DNA from: Nanobdellota archaeon
GTDB taxonomy: Archaea; Nanobdellota; Nanobdellia; Pacearchaeales; GW2011-AR1
Reading direction: 5' to 3'
NCBI GenBank assembly: GCA_043810695.1
Contig: JBDRNV010000002.1
Coordinates: 5,015-69,014, forward strand
Length of the DNA: 64,000 bases
In this document: positions 36,964-46,800 of the stretch, in pieces
Position numbering within the stretch: the stretch's first letter is position 1
Layout of the letters: the number at the start of each line of letters is the position of its first letter
The notes under the pieces: generated by a model
What the model saw: the letters and a program-made list of their open reading frames with translations, nothing else
Database searches by the model: none
Told to the model about the DNA's origin: nothing
Made by a program: the position numbers and the translations under genes

Positions 36964-38127
36964 TTACAGACTAATCAGTTTTATTTTAGTGTCTGTTGTT
37001 GCAAAATTCTTAGCAATAATTAACTGGCATTTTGCGTCTGCTGCAGCATTCAATATCGGCATTGTTGCAGTGCCATCAACAGATAGCGCATAAATTTCCT
37101 TTAGTTTTTTTAAAGAGGAAACCAGGCTTTTTCCAGAAACTTTTTTTATTTCATTCATCTCTTTATCAAGAATTATAGCTTTTTCTTTTCCAGAATTTTC
37201 TTTGAATATTTGTTTTAGTTTTTCCTCTTCATTTTCATTAGTGCTTGAAGCAGTTTCTTCATTATTTCTTTTATTATAATTAGTTTGATAAGGAGCCCTG
37301 GAGAGATATCTCCTTTTGGATAAAAATTCCCCAACAGAAATTTTTTTCCTTAAATTCATTAATATCTCTTTTCCTGTAAGCTCTTCAACTTCCTTTCCAT
37401 CTGGAGCAACAACAATGTATTTTATTCTTGCGTTATCTAATACATTTTTTATTATAAGTTCTCCTCCTCTATCTCCATCAACAAAAAGAATTATATCTTT
37501 TTCTTCGCTTAATTTTCTAATACTGTCAGGAAGTTTTGTGCCATTCATTGCAACAACATTTTTTACGCCAGCTCTTATAAGATTTAATACATCTGCACGG
37601 CCTTCAACAACAATTATCTCTTGTTCAGACAATTCTCCACAAGGCAGTTTTTCCTCTCCATATTCTTTTACTTCTGCTACTCTCGCAGAGTCTTTGATTT
37701 CTTTTGAAATTTCTCTTGAGTCTGTCTTGCCGCTTATCTCAGACATTAGTTTTTTGGCTCTTTCAATTATGTAATCTCTTTTGCTGCCTCTAACATCTTC
37801 AATTCTTTCTACTTCAACCTGTGCGTCACAAGGACCTATCTTTTCAATTGTCTCAACAGCAGCTGCAATAAGAGTTGTTTCTGATTGGTCAAGAGCTGTT
37901 GGAACTTTTATTGTTCCTGTAGTTGTCTTGTCTTTTCTTTCAATTTCAACCTCTATTCTTCCAATCTTTCCCTCTTTCTGCAGTTCTCTCATCTCAAGAT
38001 CAGCGCCAAGCAAACCTTCTGTCTGGCCGAAAATAGCTCCTATTATATCTGGCTTTTCCAAGGCACCTTCTACTCTAAAATTTGCATGTATCATATATTT
38101 TATAGATACAGGACTTATTTTTGCCAT
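36964..38127 (-). CDS. dnaG: archaeal DnaG primase (TOPRIM)
   Basis: 'YMIHANFRVEGALEKPDIIGAIFGQTEGLLG' N-terminus, 'IVVEGRADV' and 'LFVDGDRGG' TOPRIM motifs. Confidence 0.85.
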   Translation of the reverse strand: MAKISPVSIKYMIHANFRVEGALEKPDIIGAIFGQTEGLLGADLEMRELQKEGKIGRIEVEIERKDKTTTGTIKVPTALDQSETTLIAAAVETIEKIGPCDAQVEVERIEDVRGSKRDYIIERAKKLMSEISGKTDSREISKEIKDSARVAEVKEYGEEKLPCGELSEQEIIVVEGRADVLNLIRAGVKNVVAMNGTKLPDSIRKLSEEKDIILFVDGDRGGELIIKNVLDNARIKYIVVAPDGKEVEELTGKEILMNLRKKISVGEFLSKRRYLSRAPYQTNYNKRNNEETASSTNENEEEKLKQIFKENSGKEKAIILDKEMNEIKKVSGKSLVSSLKKLKEIYALSVDGTATMPILNAAADAKCQLIIAKNFATTDTKIKLISL

Positions 38128-38416
38128 TTTCTTTGTTTTTTTGTTTCAATTTAATTAAAATAAAGTCAAAATGACTTTATAGAGAAATATACTTAATTTG
38201 AAATTTTAACTCCAAATTCTTTTCTTCACTAACTTCCAACAATAAAGCATGAATGCTAAATGAATGTGATAATATGTGAATAAATAAATTCAATATATCT
38301 CTCTTAATTATCTAATTATCCTGCTTTTTAAGGCTTTCTGTAAATTTTCTAGTGCATAAAGTGGTTTTTTAATAATATTTAGAACATTTTATAAAAGAGA
38401 TTATTTTTTATTATTT

Positions 38417-38605
38417 ATGAAAGATATACATAAATATGGAATAGGTTTTTGGATAGGAGCCCTTGTCTATAGTTTGATAAACATGATTTTCAATCTTAAT
38501 CATGTTCTCCAGAGTAATATCCTAATGTATAACTATGAGATAGCAGGAATTGCTGTTCTTGGCTTAATTTTAAATATAGTTTTAATGAAAAGGGCTAAAA
38601 GGTAA
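38417..38605 (+). CDS. small membrane protein
   Basis: 62 aa, two TM helices. Confidence 0.3.
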   Translation: MKDIHKYGIGFWIGALVYSLINMIFNLNHVLQSNILMYNYEIAGIAVLGLILNIVLMKRAKR

Positions 38606-38623
38606 TTATTGAATACTTTTCTC

Positions 38624-38649
38624 AATCAATTCCAACCATTTATTAAAAG
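38624..38649. repeat. 26-nt direct repeat, left
   Basis: aatcaattccaaccatttattaaaag; 25/26 identical to 39117-39142. Confidence 0.85.
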
Positions 38650-38654
38650 CTTAA

Positions 38655-39029
38655 TTATATAGCTGATTGCACCCCACTATATCTCAAATCATCTGGATCA
38701 AGTTGAAAATGCTTATCACAATAAACACAATAATACAAATCTTCTCCACCTGTATTTTTTTCTAATTTTAAAACAGTTTTAAATCCACATCCACCAATAT
38801 CTGAATCATGAATATATTCTGCTTCAAGTATAGAAGGCAATTTTTTCTCTAATTTAGCTTCAATTTCTGATATTTGTTTTCTTAGATCATTTAAAGCTAA
38901 TTTTTCATTTTGATATATTCTTATTTTTTCATCAAATTCTTTTTTTTCTTCAGTTGTTAATCGTTTAACTCCCATCATCCTAAGTCTTTCATTTACATAA
39001 GCTTCATTTCTTCCAGCCATAATACTCAA
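38655..39029 (-). CDS. hypothetical coiled-coil + Cys-motif protein (paralog of 4263..4625)
   Basis: Shared GVKRLT / YIH..GCG / YYC..CD..FQ pattern; bracketed by 26-nt direct repeats. Confidence 0.5.
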   Translation of the reverse strand: MSIMAGRNEAYVNERLRMMGVKRLTTEEKKEFDEKIRIYQNEKLALNDLRKQISEIEAKLEKKLPSILEAEYIHDSDIGGCGFKTVLKLEKNTGGEDLYYCVYCDKHFQLDPDDLRYSGVQSAI

Positions 39030-39116
39030 GAATATTAATATTCTTTAAAAGGATTTATGTTAATTATTATATCTAAAAAAGATAAAATTTAGATTATAAT
39101 TTTAACTTGATAATCT

Positions 39117-39142
39117 AATCAATTCCAACCATCTATTAAAAG
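39117..39142. repeat. 26-nt direct repeat, right
   Basis: aatcaattccaaccatctattaaaag. Confidence 0.85.
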
Positions 39143-39200
39143 TTTTAAATTCTAATTTTACCACACAAATCTTTAAATAAGAAACCAATTATTTATTTTT

Positions 39201-39614
39201 ATGACAATTGAAGAAGTTGTTAAAAGAACTACAATAGAATTTCCCCAAAAGATTAGTTTCAGTCAGGTAGAAGATTTAATTAAGCATATAGCAAAGGAAC
39301 TGCCTGCAAATATTCATTATGACTTTTTATCTCATACAGATGTTGGATATTCTTTTGGTACTGAAGAACTTGTTAAAAATACATTAAAATCACCAGTGAC
39401 TGGAAGAATAATCAAGGTTAAAGAGCCTTTAATCTTTGGTTCTTTTAGCTTTATAAATTCAAAACAAGATATTTTTAGCTCTTCGTCAATGCAATTCCAT
39501 CTTGGACATGACTGGGAACTTGAAAAATATAGTCCAAAAGTTAGAAAATTATGGGATGATGTAAAGAAGATAGTAGATGAATATTTTGAAATACAGAATT
39601 ATGGGACATGGTAA
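39201..39614 (+). CDS. hypothetical protein
   Basis: 137-aa ORF. Confidence 0.35.
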   Translation: MTIEEVVKRTTIEFPQKISFSQVEDLIKHIAKELPANIHYDFLSHTDVGYSFGTEELVKNTLKSPVTGRIIKVKEPLIFGSFSFINSKQDIFSSSSMQFHLGHDWELEKYSPKVRKLWDDVKKIVDEYFEIQNYGTW

Positions 39615-39656
39615 AAAAGCTGGTAAATAAATACTTCTAGAATGAACATTAGATTA

Positions 39657-40214
39657 TTACATTTCTCTGCTTTTTAATAAAAAATATTCTTTTCTTCTTC
39701 CCAACTGTTCGTATAAATTCAGGAGTTTTTCTTTCAACTCTATTCTTTCAGGATTACTAATTTTCATTTCAATGAGTTTTTCATAAGCTTTTACAGCATG
39801 AATCTTTTTGGAATTTTTTTCAAAAGTCTCTGCTTGTTGTTTGTAAAGATTCTTCATTGTTGAATAAATCTCATTTCTTTGCATTGAATTTGCCTCTGCC
39901 ATTGCTTTTTTCATTGATTCTTCTGCTTTATCAAATTCAGCAGCTCTTATGCATAGTTCTGCTGCTCTCATAAAATGTTTTATTTTTTCTACAAATGTTA
40001 CTGAAAAAGTGCTTACGCTTTCATAATTTTTTGCAGCATCTTTTAACATATCTACTTTCTCATAAATATCTGCAAGTTTAAGATAAGCAAATTTTTTCAT
40101 ATCCATGCTAAGAGGTTCTTTAAGAAATCTTGTAAGATAATCTATCTGGACATAATCTCCTTTTCCAGCAAGCTCTTTTTCTATCTCGCTTTTTGTCATC
40201 CCTTTGCGCAGCAT
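39657..40214 (-). CDS. hypothetical all-helical (TPR-like) protein
   Basis: 185-aa ORF, repeated A/E/K-rich helices. Confidence 0.35.
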   Translation of the reverse strand: MLRKGMTKSEIEKELAGKGDYVQIDYLTRFLKEPLSMDMKKFAYLKLADIYEKVDMLKDAAKNYESVSTFSVTFVEKIKHFMRAAELCIRAAEFDKAEESMKKAMAEANSMQRNEIYSTMKNLYKQQAETFEKNSKKIHAVKAYEKLIEMKISNPERIELKEKLLNLYEQLGRRKEYFLLKSREM

Positions 40215-40442
40215 AAATTAAGAATAAAAGTTTAGTATTTAAGGATTATGGATATTTTCTTATATTAGAATATTAAAAGTATAATAGAATCGTACTCATT
40301 AAAACATAAGAATTCTTTTAAACCAATTATTTTTCTATTAATTAACAAAGAATTCACCAATCCCCTAAGCGTTTAGTTTTACTAAACGATTTTATAGAGA
40401 ATATAAAAATTAATTTTTTAACTCGGCTACGCTTAAACGAGT

Positions 40443-41729
40443 TCAGTTCTTCTTCTTAACAATCTCTGTGCATATTCCAGCTGCAACTGTCTGTCCTGCA
40501 TCTCTTACTGCAAATCTGCTCATGAACGGATTTTCCTTTTGTGTTTCAAGACAGAGATTTCCTTGAGGCCTTATTCTTACTTTTGCGCTGTCTCCGTTTT
40601 TCAGGAAATCAGGGCTTTTCTTTATTGATTCACCGCTTCTAGGGTCAATCTGGTCAATTAATTCAACAAATTGGCATGGAACCTGCGCTGTGTGAACATG
40701 GAATACAGGAGTGTACCCTTTAGCCAAAACAGACTGATGATTTATTACAGTGATTGTTGCAATAAATTCCTCAACAATATTTGATGGTTTTGCAGCATCA
40801 CATATAACATCTCCTCTTGCAATATCTTTTTTTCCAACTCCACGAATGTTTATACCAACATTATCTCCTGCATCTGCCTGTGAAAGAGTTTCATGATGCA
40901 TTTCTATTGTTTTAACCTCTCCTTCAATTCCTTTTCCAGTTCTTCCAGGCAATACTATAACTTTTTGTCCTGTCTTCATAATTCCTGTTTCAATCTTTCC
41001 AACAGGCACTGTTCCTATTCCTGTAATTTCATAAACATCTTGTACAGGCATTCTCAAGGGCAATTCAGTAGGCATTTTTGGCTGAGGGAACTGATCAAAC
41101 TGCTCTTGAATTGTTGGTCCTTTGTACCACGCCATTTTATCTGATTTTTTTGAAACATTATCTCCTTTTAATCCAGAGCAAGCAATAAATGTAGTTGTAT
41201 CTGAATTTATTCCCACACCCTGAAGTAATTTACCTACTTCTTCTTTAGTCTTATTGAATTTGTCTTCACTATATTCAACAGCATCCATTTTACTGATTGC
41301 AACTGCAACATTTTTCACACCCATTGTTCTAAGAAGCCATAAATGTTCTGTTGTCTGAAGCTGTACACCATGTGTAGCAGCAATAACCAAGAAAGCAGCA
41401 TCTGCCTGGCTAGCTCCTGTAATCATGTTTTTAACAAAGTCCCTGTGCCCTGGAGCGTCAATTATTGTTATTTGGTATTTCTGTGTTAATATTTTTCGAT
41501 AAGCAAGATCAATTGTAACTCCTCTTTCTCTTTCCTCTTTGATTTTATCCATTATATAAGCGAATTCAAAACCAATTTTTCCGTGTTTTTCAGTTTCCTG
41601 TTTTAATTTTACCATTTCCTGCTCTGAAACAAGACCTGTATCAAAAAGAAGTCTTCCTACTATTGTCGATTTTCCTGCATCGACATGCCCAACGAAGATA
41701 ACATTCATATTTGGTTTTTCTTTTGCCAT
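40443..41729 (-). CDS. tuf: translation elongation factor aEF-1alpha
   Basis: 'VGHVDAGKST', 'DAPGHRDF', 'NKMD'-type 'SKMD'; tracked start 41738 is TTG, ATG (MAKEKP) at 41729. Confidence 0.9.
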   Translation of the reverse strand: MAKEKPNMNVIFVGHVDAGKSTIVGRLLFDTGLVSEQEMVKLKQETEKHGKIGFEFAYIMDKIKEERERGVTIDLAYRKILTQKYQITIIDAPGHRDFVKNMITGASQADAAFLVIAATHGVQLQTTEHLWLLRTMGVKNVAVAISKMDAVEYSEDKFNKTKEEVGKLLQGVGINSDTTTFIACSGLKGDNVSKKSDKMAWYKGPTIQEQFDQFPQPKMPTELPLRMPVQDVYEITGIGTVPVGKIETGIMKTGQKVIVLPGRTGKGIEGEVKTIEMHHETLSQADAGDNVGINIRGVGKKDIARGDVICDAAKPSNIVEEFIATITVINHQSVLAKGYTPVFHVHTAQVPCQFVELIDQIDPRSGESIKKSPDFLKNGDSAKVRIRPQGNLCLETQKENPFMSRFAVRDAGQTVAAGICTEIVKKKN

Positions 41730-41764
41730 TTTTCTCAATGAAAATTTTAGTAATTATGTAAAAA

Positions 41765-41788
41765 AAATTGTATTTAAAAATGTTTTGG
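41765..41788 (-). promoter_or_regulatory. conserved BRE/TATA promoter motif upstream of tuf
   Basis: minus strand CCAAAACATTTTTAAATACAATTT; same motif at 55638-55661 and 57765-57788. Confidence 0.6.
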
Positions 41789-41809
41789 TTAAAAATTTAT
41801 TATTGCCTT

Positions 41810-42376
41810 CTAAATTTCAAACTCACTTTTACCTCTTTTTAACTTTTTTACCAAAAAAATGCTTAAATCACTTATAAAATAACCCAGAATAAGTCCTGCT
41901 ATTACGTCGCTTAGATAATGCATTCCAAGATAAACTCTTGAAAATATGATTAATATTGTCATAGCTATCCAGATATATAATAATATTTTGTTAAATTCAA
42001 AAAATCTTATTATAGAAGCGCTTGCTGTTGCATGCCCGCTTGGAAAACTTCTGTTTATATCTTCTGCTCCAAGATCTGAAAAATCAAATTTTGCAAAAGG
42101 TCTTGGTCTTGCAACAATTATTTTAATCAGCTGAGTTGTTCCCAAATAAAGTATAAATGTTAACAGCATTGGTAGAATTTTGTCTTTTTGCCTGAACACA
42201 AGCAAAATAACTAGTACAAATGCAAATAATAAATATCCTTCTATATTATGAATAAATACTGATAAATTATCAAGAAAGAGTAATCTATTATTTACAAAAA
42301 AGTTTGCAATAATATTATCTAGGAAAAAAGAGATTATTAGCAAAATTATTCCAATAAAATAATAAACCTTCTTCAT
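41810..42376 (-). CDS. PAP2-family membrane phosphatase
   Basis: 'SFPSGHATASA' and 'SRVYLGMHYLSDV'. Confidence 0.8.
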   Translation of the reverse strand: MKKVYYFIGIILLIISFFLDNIIANFFVNNRLLFLDNLSVFIHNIEGYLLFAFVLVILLVFRQKDKILPMLLTFILYLGTTQLIKIIVARPRPFAKFDFSDLGAEDINRSFPSGHATASASIIRFFEFNKILLYIWIAMTILIIFSRVYLGMHYLSDVIAGLILGYFISDLSIFLVKKLKRGKSEFEI

Positions 42377-42439
42377 AAACTAATAAATTTTTATTAATTT
42401 AAATACCTTATTAAAAGAAAGTTTTATAATCTAAAAAAG

Positions 42440-43216
42440 ATGGTTAATAATATGTTTAAGAAAATTAAAGGAGGGCTGATTTTTATATTTATAACTTTAT
42501 TTTTATTTGTAGTTTTATTAACAAATTTAACTACTGCTCAAGATGTTAATTATTCAAACTTTAAAGTGTTATATGATATTAGGGAGGATGTATCCTGGCA
42601 AAATGGGCAATTTATAGACATAGTCTTAACCAACGGCTCAATAATACTTTTTGATGCTTCACTTGATGAATATGAAATTGAAGCCTGTAAATTAACTTTA
42701 ACAAATGTCCAAAAAACAACAAGAATTATAGGTGTTTTTTCTTTAGAATGTTTTGATCAAAATGCTCGACCATTTTCATTAACAAAGGGAACTAATAGGG
42801 AAATAGATGTTAATTATGATGATTTAAGTGATATAGTCTTATATTTTAAAAAAATGGATATAAGAACTGATAAAGTCACAATTAGCATTAGAAAAGCTGT
42901 TGAACTCGAGAAAGACAACAGCGGCCTTATACTTACACTAATTATAATCGCAACATTAATTTTAATTGGCTTAGATTCTTATTATTATATTAAAATTAAT
43001 AAAAATCATTATAATAAAATTAAAGAAATGCTTATACAATTAGAGAATCATTTATCTTTAAAAGATTATGAAAAAGCTAAATCTTTGCGTGATGAAATGA
43101 ATAGTCTATATAAAGGACTAACAAGAAAACAGAAAAAAAACTTTAATCAACAAATTTCAGAATTATTTAAGCAATTTAAAAATGAAGAAGATATTATTAG
43201 CAAAAGTAAATTGTAA
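42440..43216 (+). CDS. membrane protein, unknown
   Basis: N-terminal signal/TM, mid TM, C-terminal coiled coil. Confidence 0.35.
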   Translation: MVNNMFKKIKGGLIFIFITLFLFVVLLTNLTTAQDVNYSNFKVLYDIREDVSWQNGQFIDIVLTNGSIILFDASLDEYEIEACKLTLTNVQKTTRIIGVFSLECFDQNARPFSLTKGTNREIDVNYDDLSDIVLYFKKMDIRTDKVTISIRKAVELEKDNSGLILTLIIIATLILIGLDSYYYIKINKNHYNKIKEMLIQLENHLSLKDYEKAKSLRDEMNSLYKGLTRKQKKNFNQQISELFKQFKNEEDIISKSKL

Positions 43217-43411
43217 ATATTTTTTCTTTAATTATGAAAAAAAAGGGTTGAATAATTACTCTTAGTTGCTCTGATTGAAAGGAGAGCACAGCGTGGCAAA
43301 ATCAGAAGGATTTTGCGTTCAGAATTCAGATGTTATTGATATTAACTCCTAAGTAGTAAGTCCTCCAAAGATTTATAAAGATAAGGTTTACACTGAATAT
43401 AAGAGATTAAA

Positions 43412-43774
43412 ATGGATAGAACAAATATTATAATTGCATTATCCCAGCATCAAGATATACAGAAAGATGTTGATGCTTTAGTATGTAGAATAACTGAAAT
43501 TGGAAAAAGAAATCCAATGGTTGATAGGCTTACAAACGTTATTGATGCTGAAAAAAAAGTAATAAACTTTATTAACGATTCTGAAAAAATTTGGAAAGAT
43601 ACAAATAGGGCAGGGTTATATGCTTCTGCACATATAAAAGATTATATTATTTCTTTTAAAGAATATGAAAGATTATGGGCTTCAAGAAAAAAGGAAGGAA
43701 CTCCGGAAAAGGATTGGTATAAGATGCAAATTGAATTAGCTGAATATATTAGCAATTTTTCGTTGAATATATAA
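43412..43774 (+). CDS. hypothetical protein
   Basis: 120-aa ORF. Confidence 0.3.
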   Translation: MDRTNIIIALSQHQDIQKDVDALVCRITEIGKRNPMVDRLTNVIDAEKKVINFINDSEKIWKDTNRAGLYASAHIKDYIISFKEYERLWASRKKEGTPEKDWYKMQIELAEYISNFSLNI

Positions 43775-43800
43775 AATTAAGAGAAATTCCACCAAGCTGG

Positions 43801-46800
43801 TTAAAGATACTTTTTCATAACCTGGTTTAATAAATTAATCCTCTGTTTTATTAATCCGGCTTTTTTGTCATCCCAATTAAACCTTAAATTTTTTATTAGT
43901 TGTTCTATTCTAATCAATTCACTTCTTAATTCTAACACAATTTTATTTTCACCTAATTTTTTCTTAACTTCTTTATAATTTTTCAAAATTTCATTATAAG
44001 GCTTTTCCACTTCTACATATTTCGCTCTCTCTACATTTGCCTCATTAATTGATTTTTCTATTACTTCTTCTTTAATCAACTTTGGTCTAGTCATGCTAAT
44101 ATTAGGATATTTAGCTATTATTGGCTGTAATGCAGAATCAATATTGTTTAAAACAGCTTCTAATTTTACAAAATCACCACTAATTAAAATATCACAAGCT
44201 TTTTTATAATTATATTCTAAATCTTCGTAATTAAGAATAGACCCTCTTAAATCTATATTGTATTGTCTTAAAACATCTAATTGATATCTTATATCTTCAA
44301 CTTTATTACTGTAATAATTATACCTCTTTAATTCCTCATCACTTAATCTCTTTGTTGCATGCAGTATTGGCCTGACAACCATAAAATAAGGCCTGCCTTT
44401 ATTATATTCTGCATTGACAAACATCCCTGTACCAACAGGAGCCCTTACCAATGCGCCAGAGATTTTTTCACCAAAATTATCCTTAATTCTATTTAAGTCA
44501 TTTTCATAACGAGTACGCATTTGAATTTCTGTAGAAATATTAGCTTTTATTTCACCAATAAAGTCGCTTGAAACCTGCGATATTAAAACCATTCCAATTC
44601 CCCATTTTCTGAACTCTCTTATACCTCTTTCAATTTGTACAAATCCTTTTCCTTTACCTCCAAATTTCTCAAGCAATCTATGGACTTCATCATAAACTAA
44701 AAGTACTTTTAATTTATCGCTTTCTGTAGGTTGTAATGCGAAAATTTCACGAACAGTATTAGCAATAAATAAATCCATAGCATCTGGTTCAAGTTTGTTT
44801 AGACAATAAATTGTTATACTGCCTTCTTTTCCTTCTTTATTTTTTTCTCTTAATAAATCTCTAACATTTATTTTTTCTCTTGGATCTTCAATCATCTCAA
44901 TTTTTCCTGAAAACGATCTTGCAGCATTGTTAGTTAATCCAAATTCTGCATATTGATTAAGCATTTTTGGTTCTTGGCACTTTTTTAAAAACCCTGTCCA
45001 TTGTGCAGAAGGATCAAATACAATAACATGAGTGCCCCTCATTAAAGCTCCTTCACAAATTGCTTGTGCGCAGATAGTTTTTCCGCTGCCTGTTGAACCA
45101 GATACAATAGTGTGTAATTTCAAAGATTCTAAATTAACATAGGCTTTTTTATCTGATTCTGCAATTTTTCCAATTATGGCGCTTCTTAAACCAGGTTTTG
45201 GTAATAGATTATAATCAATGTCAACTTTATATTTTAAAGCTTCTTTTCTTTTTTTCTCCATTAGTTTTCTGTAATAGATTATTCCGCTTGTTGTTAAACC
45301 TGCAAGTATTAAGAATAAAGCATAATAAGTTAATTTTATTCCTAAAAACTTTCGAGTTTTTAAGAAATCTAGAGCAACCTGAAAAATATTTTTTTTAATC
45401 TCAAATGTATCAATAGCATCGGTTAATTTATCTCCATCATAAATAACTACTGCTTCTATGAGATATTTTCCTTTAGTTAGAAGAGATAATGGTTGTATTG
45501 TTTTTTGAGTTGAACTTGTTGAATAAAACTCTGCAAAATCAGAATCTTGTGCTACTACCTCTCCTTTATAATTTCTAACTGTATAATCAATTAAAGCCTC
45601 TATTTTTGTCATTTTTCCTAAATTAATCAGTTGTGTTGTTAATAATATGCCTCCATCCTGTGTTATTGTAAGAAATTGAACATTAGCATTTAAGAGCTGG
45701 TCCTCTTCTGTTAATTCTTCTATATTCAGAGTAACTGGAAATTTAACTTTTTTATTTAAATTAATAGCTTCATTAACAGCATCAATAACCATGTTGCCCA
45801 CATATGTTTTAATTTCAACATTGCTAGGAATTTTAACAAATATTTTTACTATTTCTGTTCCAAATCCTGCCAGATTAATTTCTTTTTTTTCAAAATCAAT
45901 AAATTCAGCAACACCACCATCATCACTAATTTTAAATTTAATGTTTTCAGTAATTTTGTTTATAAATTTAAGAGTGTATTCTCTGTTTTCTCCTGGATGA
46001 AGTGTTGCTGTCATCAACGTGGTTTCTATTCTAAACTCATCTGTTTCATAAATGCCTTTTTCTGTTAAACCTTCACCTGTTTCATTATCAAGACCAAAGC
46101 ATCCAGGACATACTTCTGTTAATGCAAATGCTCCAATTTTTTCATCTTTGTCGAAATCTACAGAAGCTGTATAAATTGTTTCATTTAATATCATTCCACT
46201 TTCTTGATCATAACCAATCCAATCACTATCAACACAAATTTTATTTTCAAAATCCCAGCTAGGACAATGAAGAATCATTAAATTGTTAATATCAACCTTC
46301 AAATTTTCGACTAAATTTCTATAATTAAAACTAATTGTCTTAGGATAAAGTTGATTATTATTAGAAATAACAGCTAAGGTTTTTACTTTTATTGGTTCTA
46401 TGTCCACTGGAAGCTCTTGTGAAATAGCAGGGCTTTCTCCAAATGCTGTAATAAAACCAGTTATATCCTGATCAAAAAGAACATCATGATAAGCAACACT
46501 ATCACCTGATAATTCTGGATTTTCTGTATTTTTAATAATTACATTATATTCTCCAGAATCAATATCTTTTGAATAATCTCCATTTGGCGGTGTGCTTGCA
46601 AATGAAAAAGATTTTCCTTGTATTAATGAATTAATATCAAAACTTGCAATCTTGCCTTTTTCTAAATAATCAACGTCTTTTATACTACCACTAAATTTAA
46701 TTTTATCAGCAAATGTAAATTCAAATGTTCTTTCAGCAGAATTACTATTTTCATCTACAGCTGAGAAAACTAATTTATGTTTTTTATCTTTATCAACAAG

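Noticed and set aside
37316-38158. Long antisense ORFs inside dnaG, with similar shadow ORFs inside ileS, aEF-2, rpoA, smc, the papain-like gene and the giant gene
   Set aside because: They give low-complexity Ser/Phe/Ile-rich translations on the strand opposite strongly supported genes, as is typical of shadow ORFs in AT-rich DNA.
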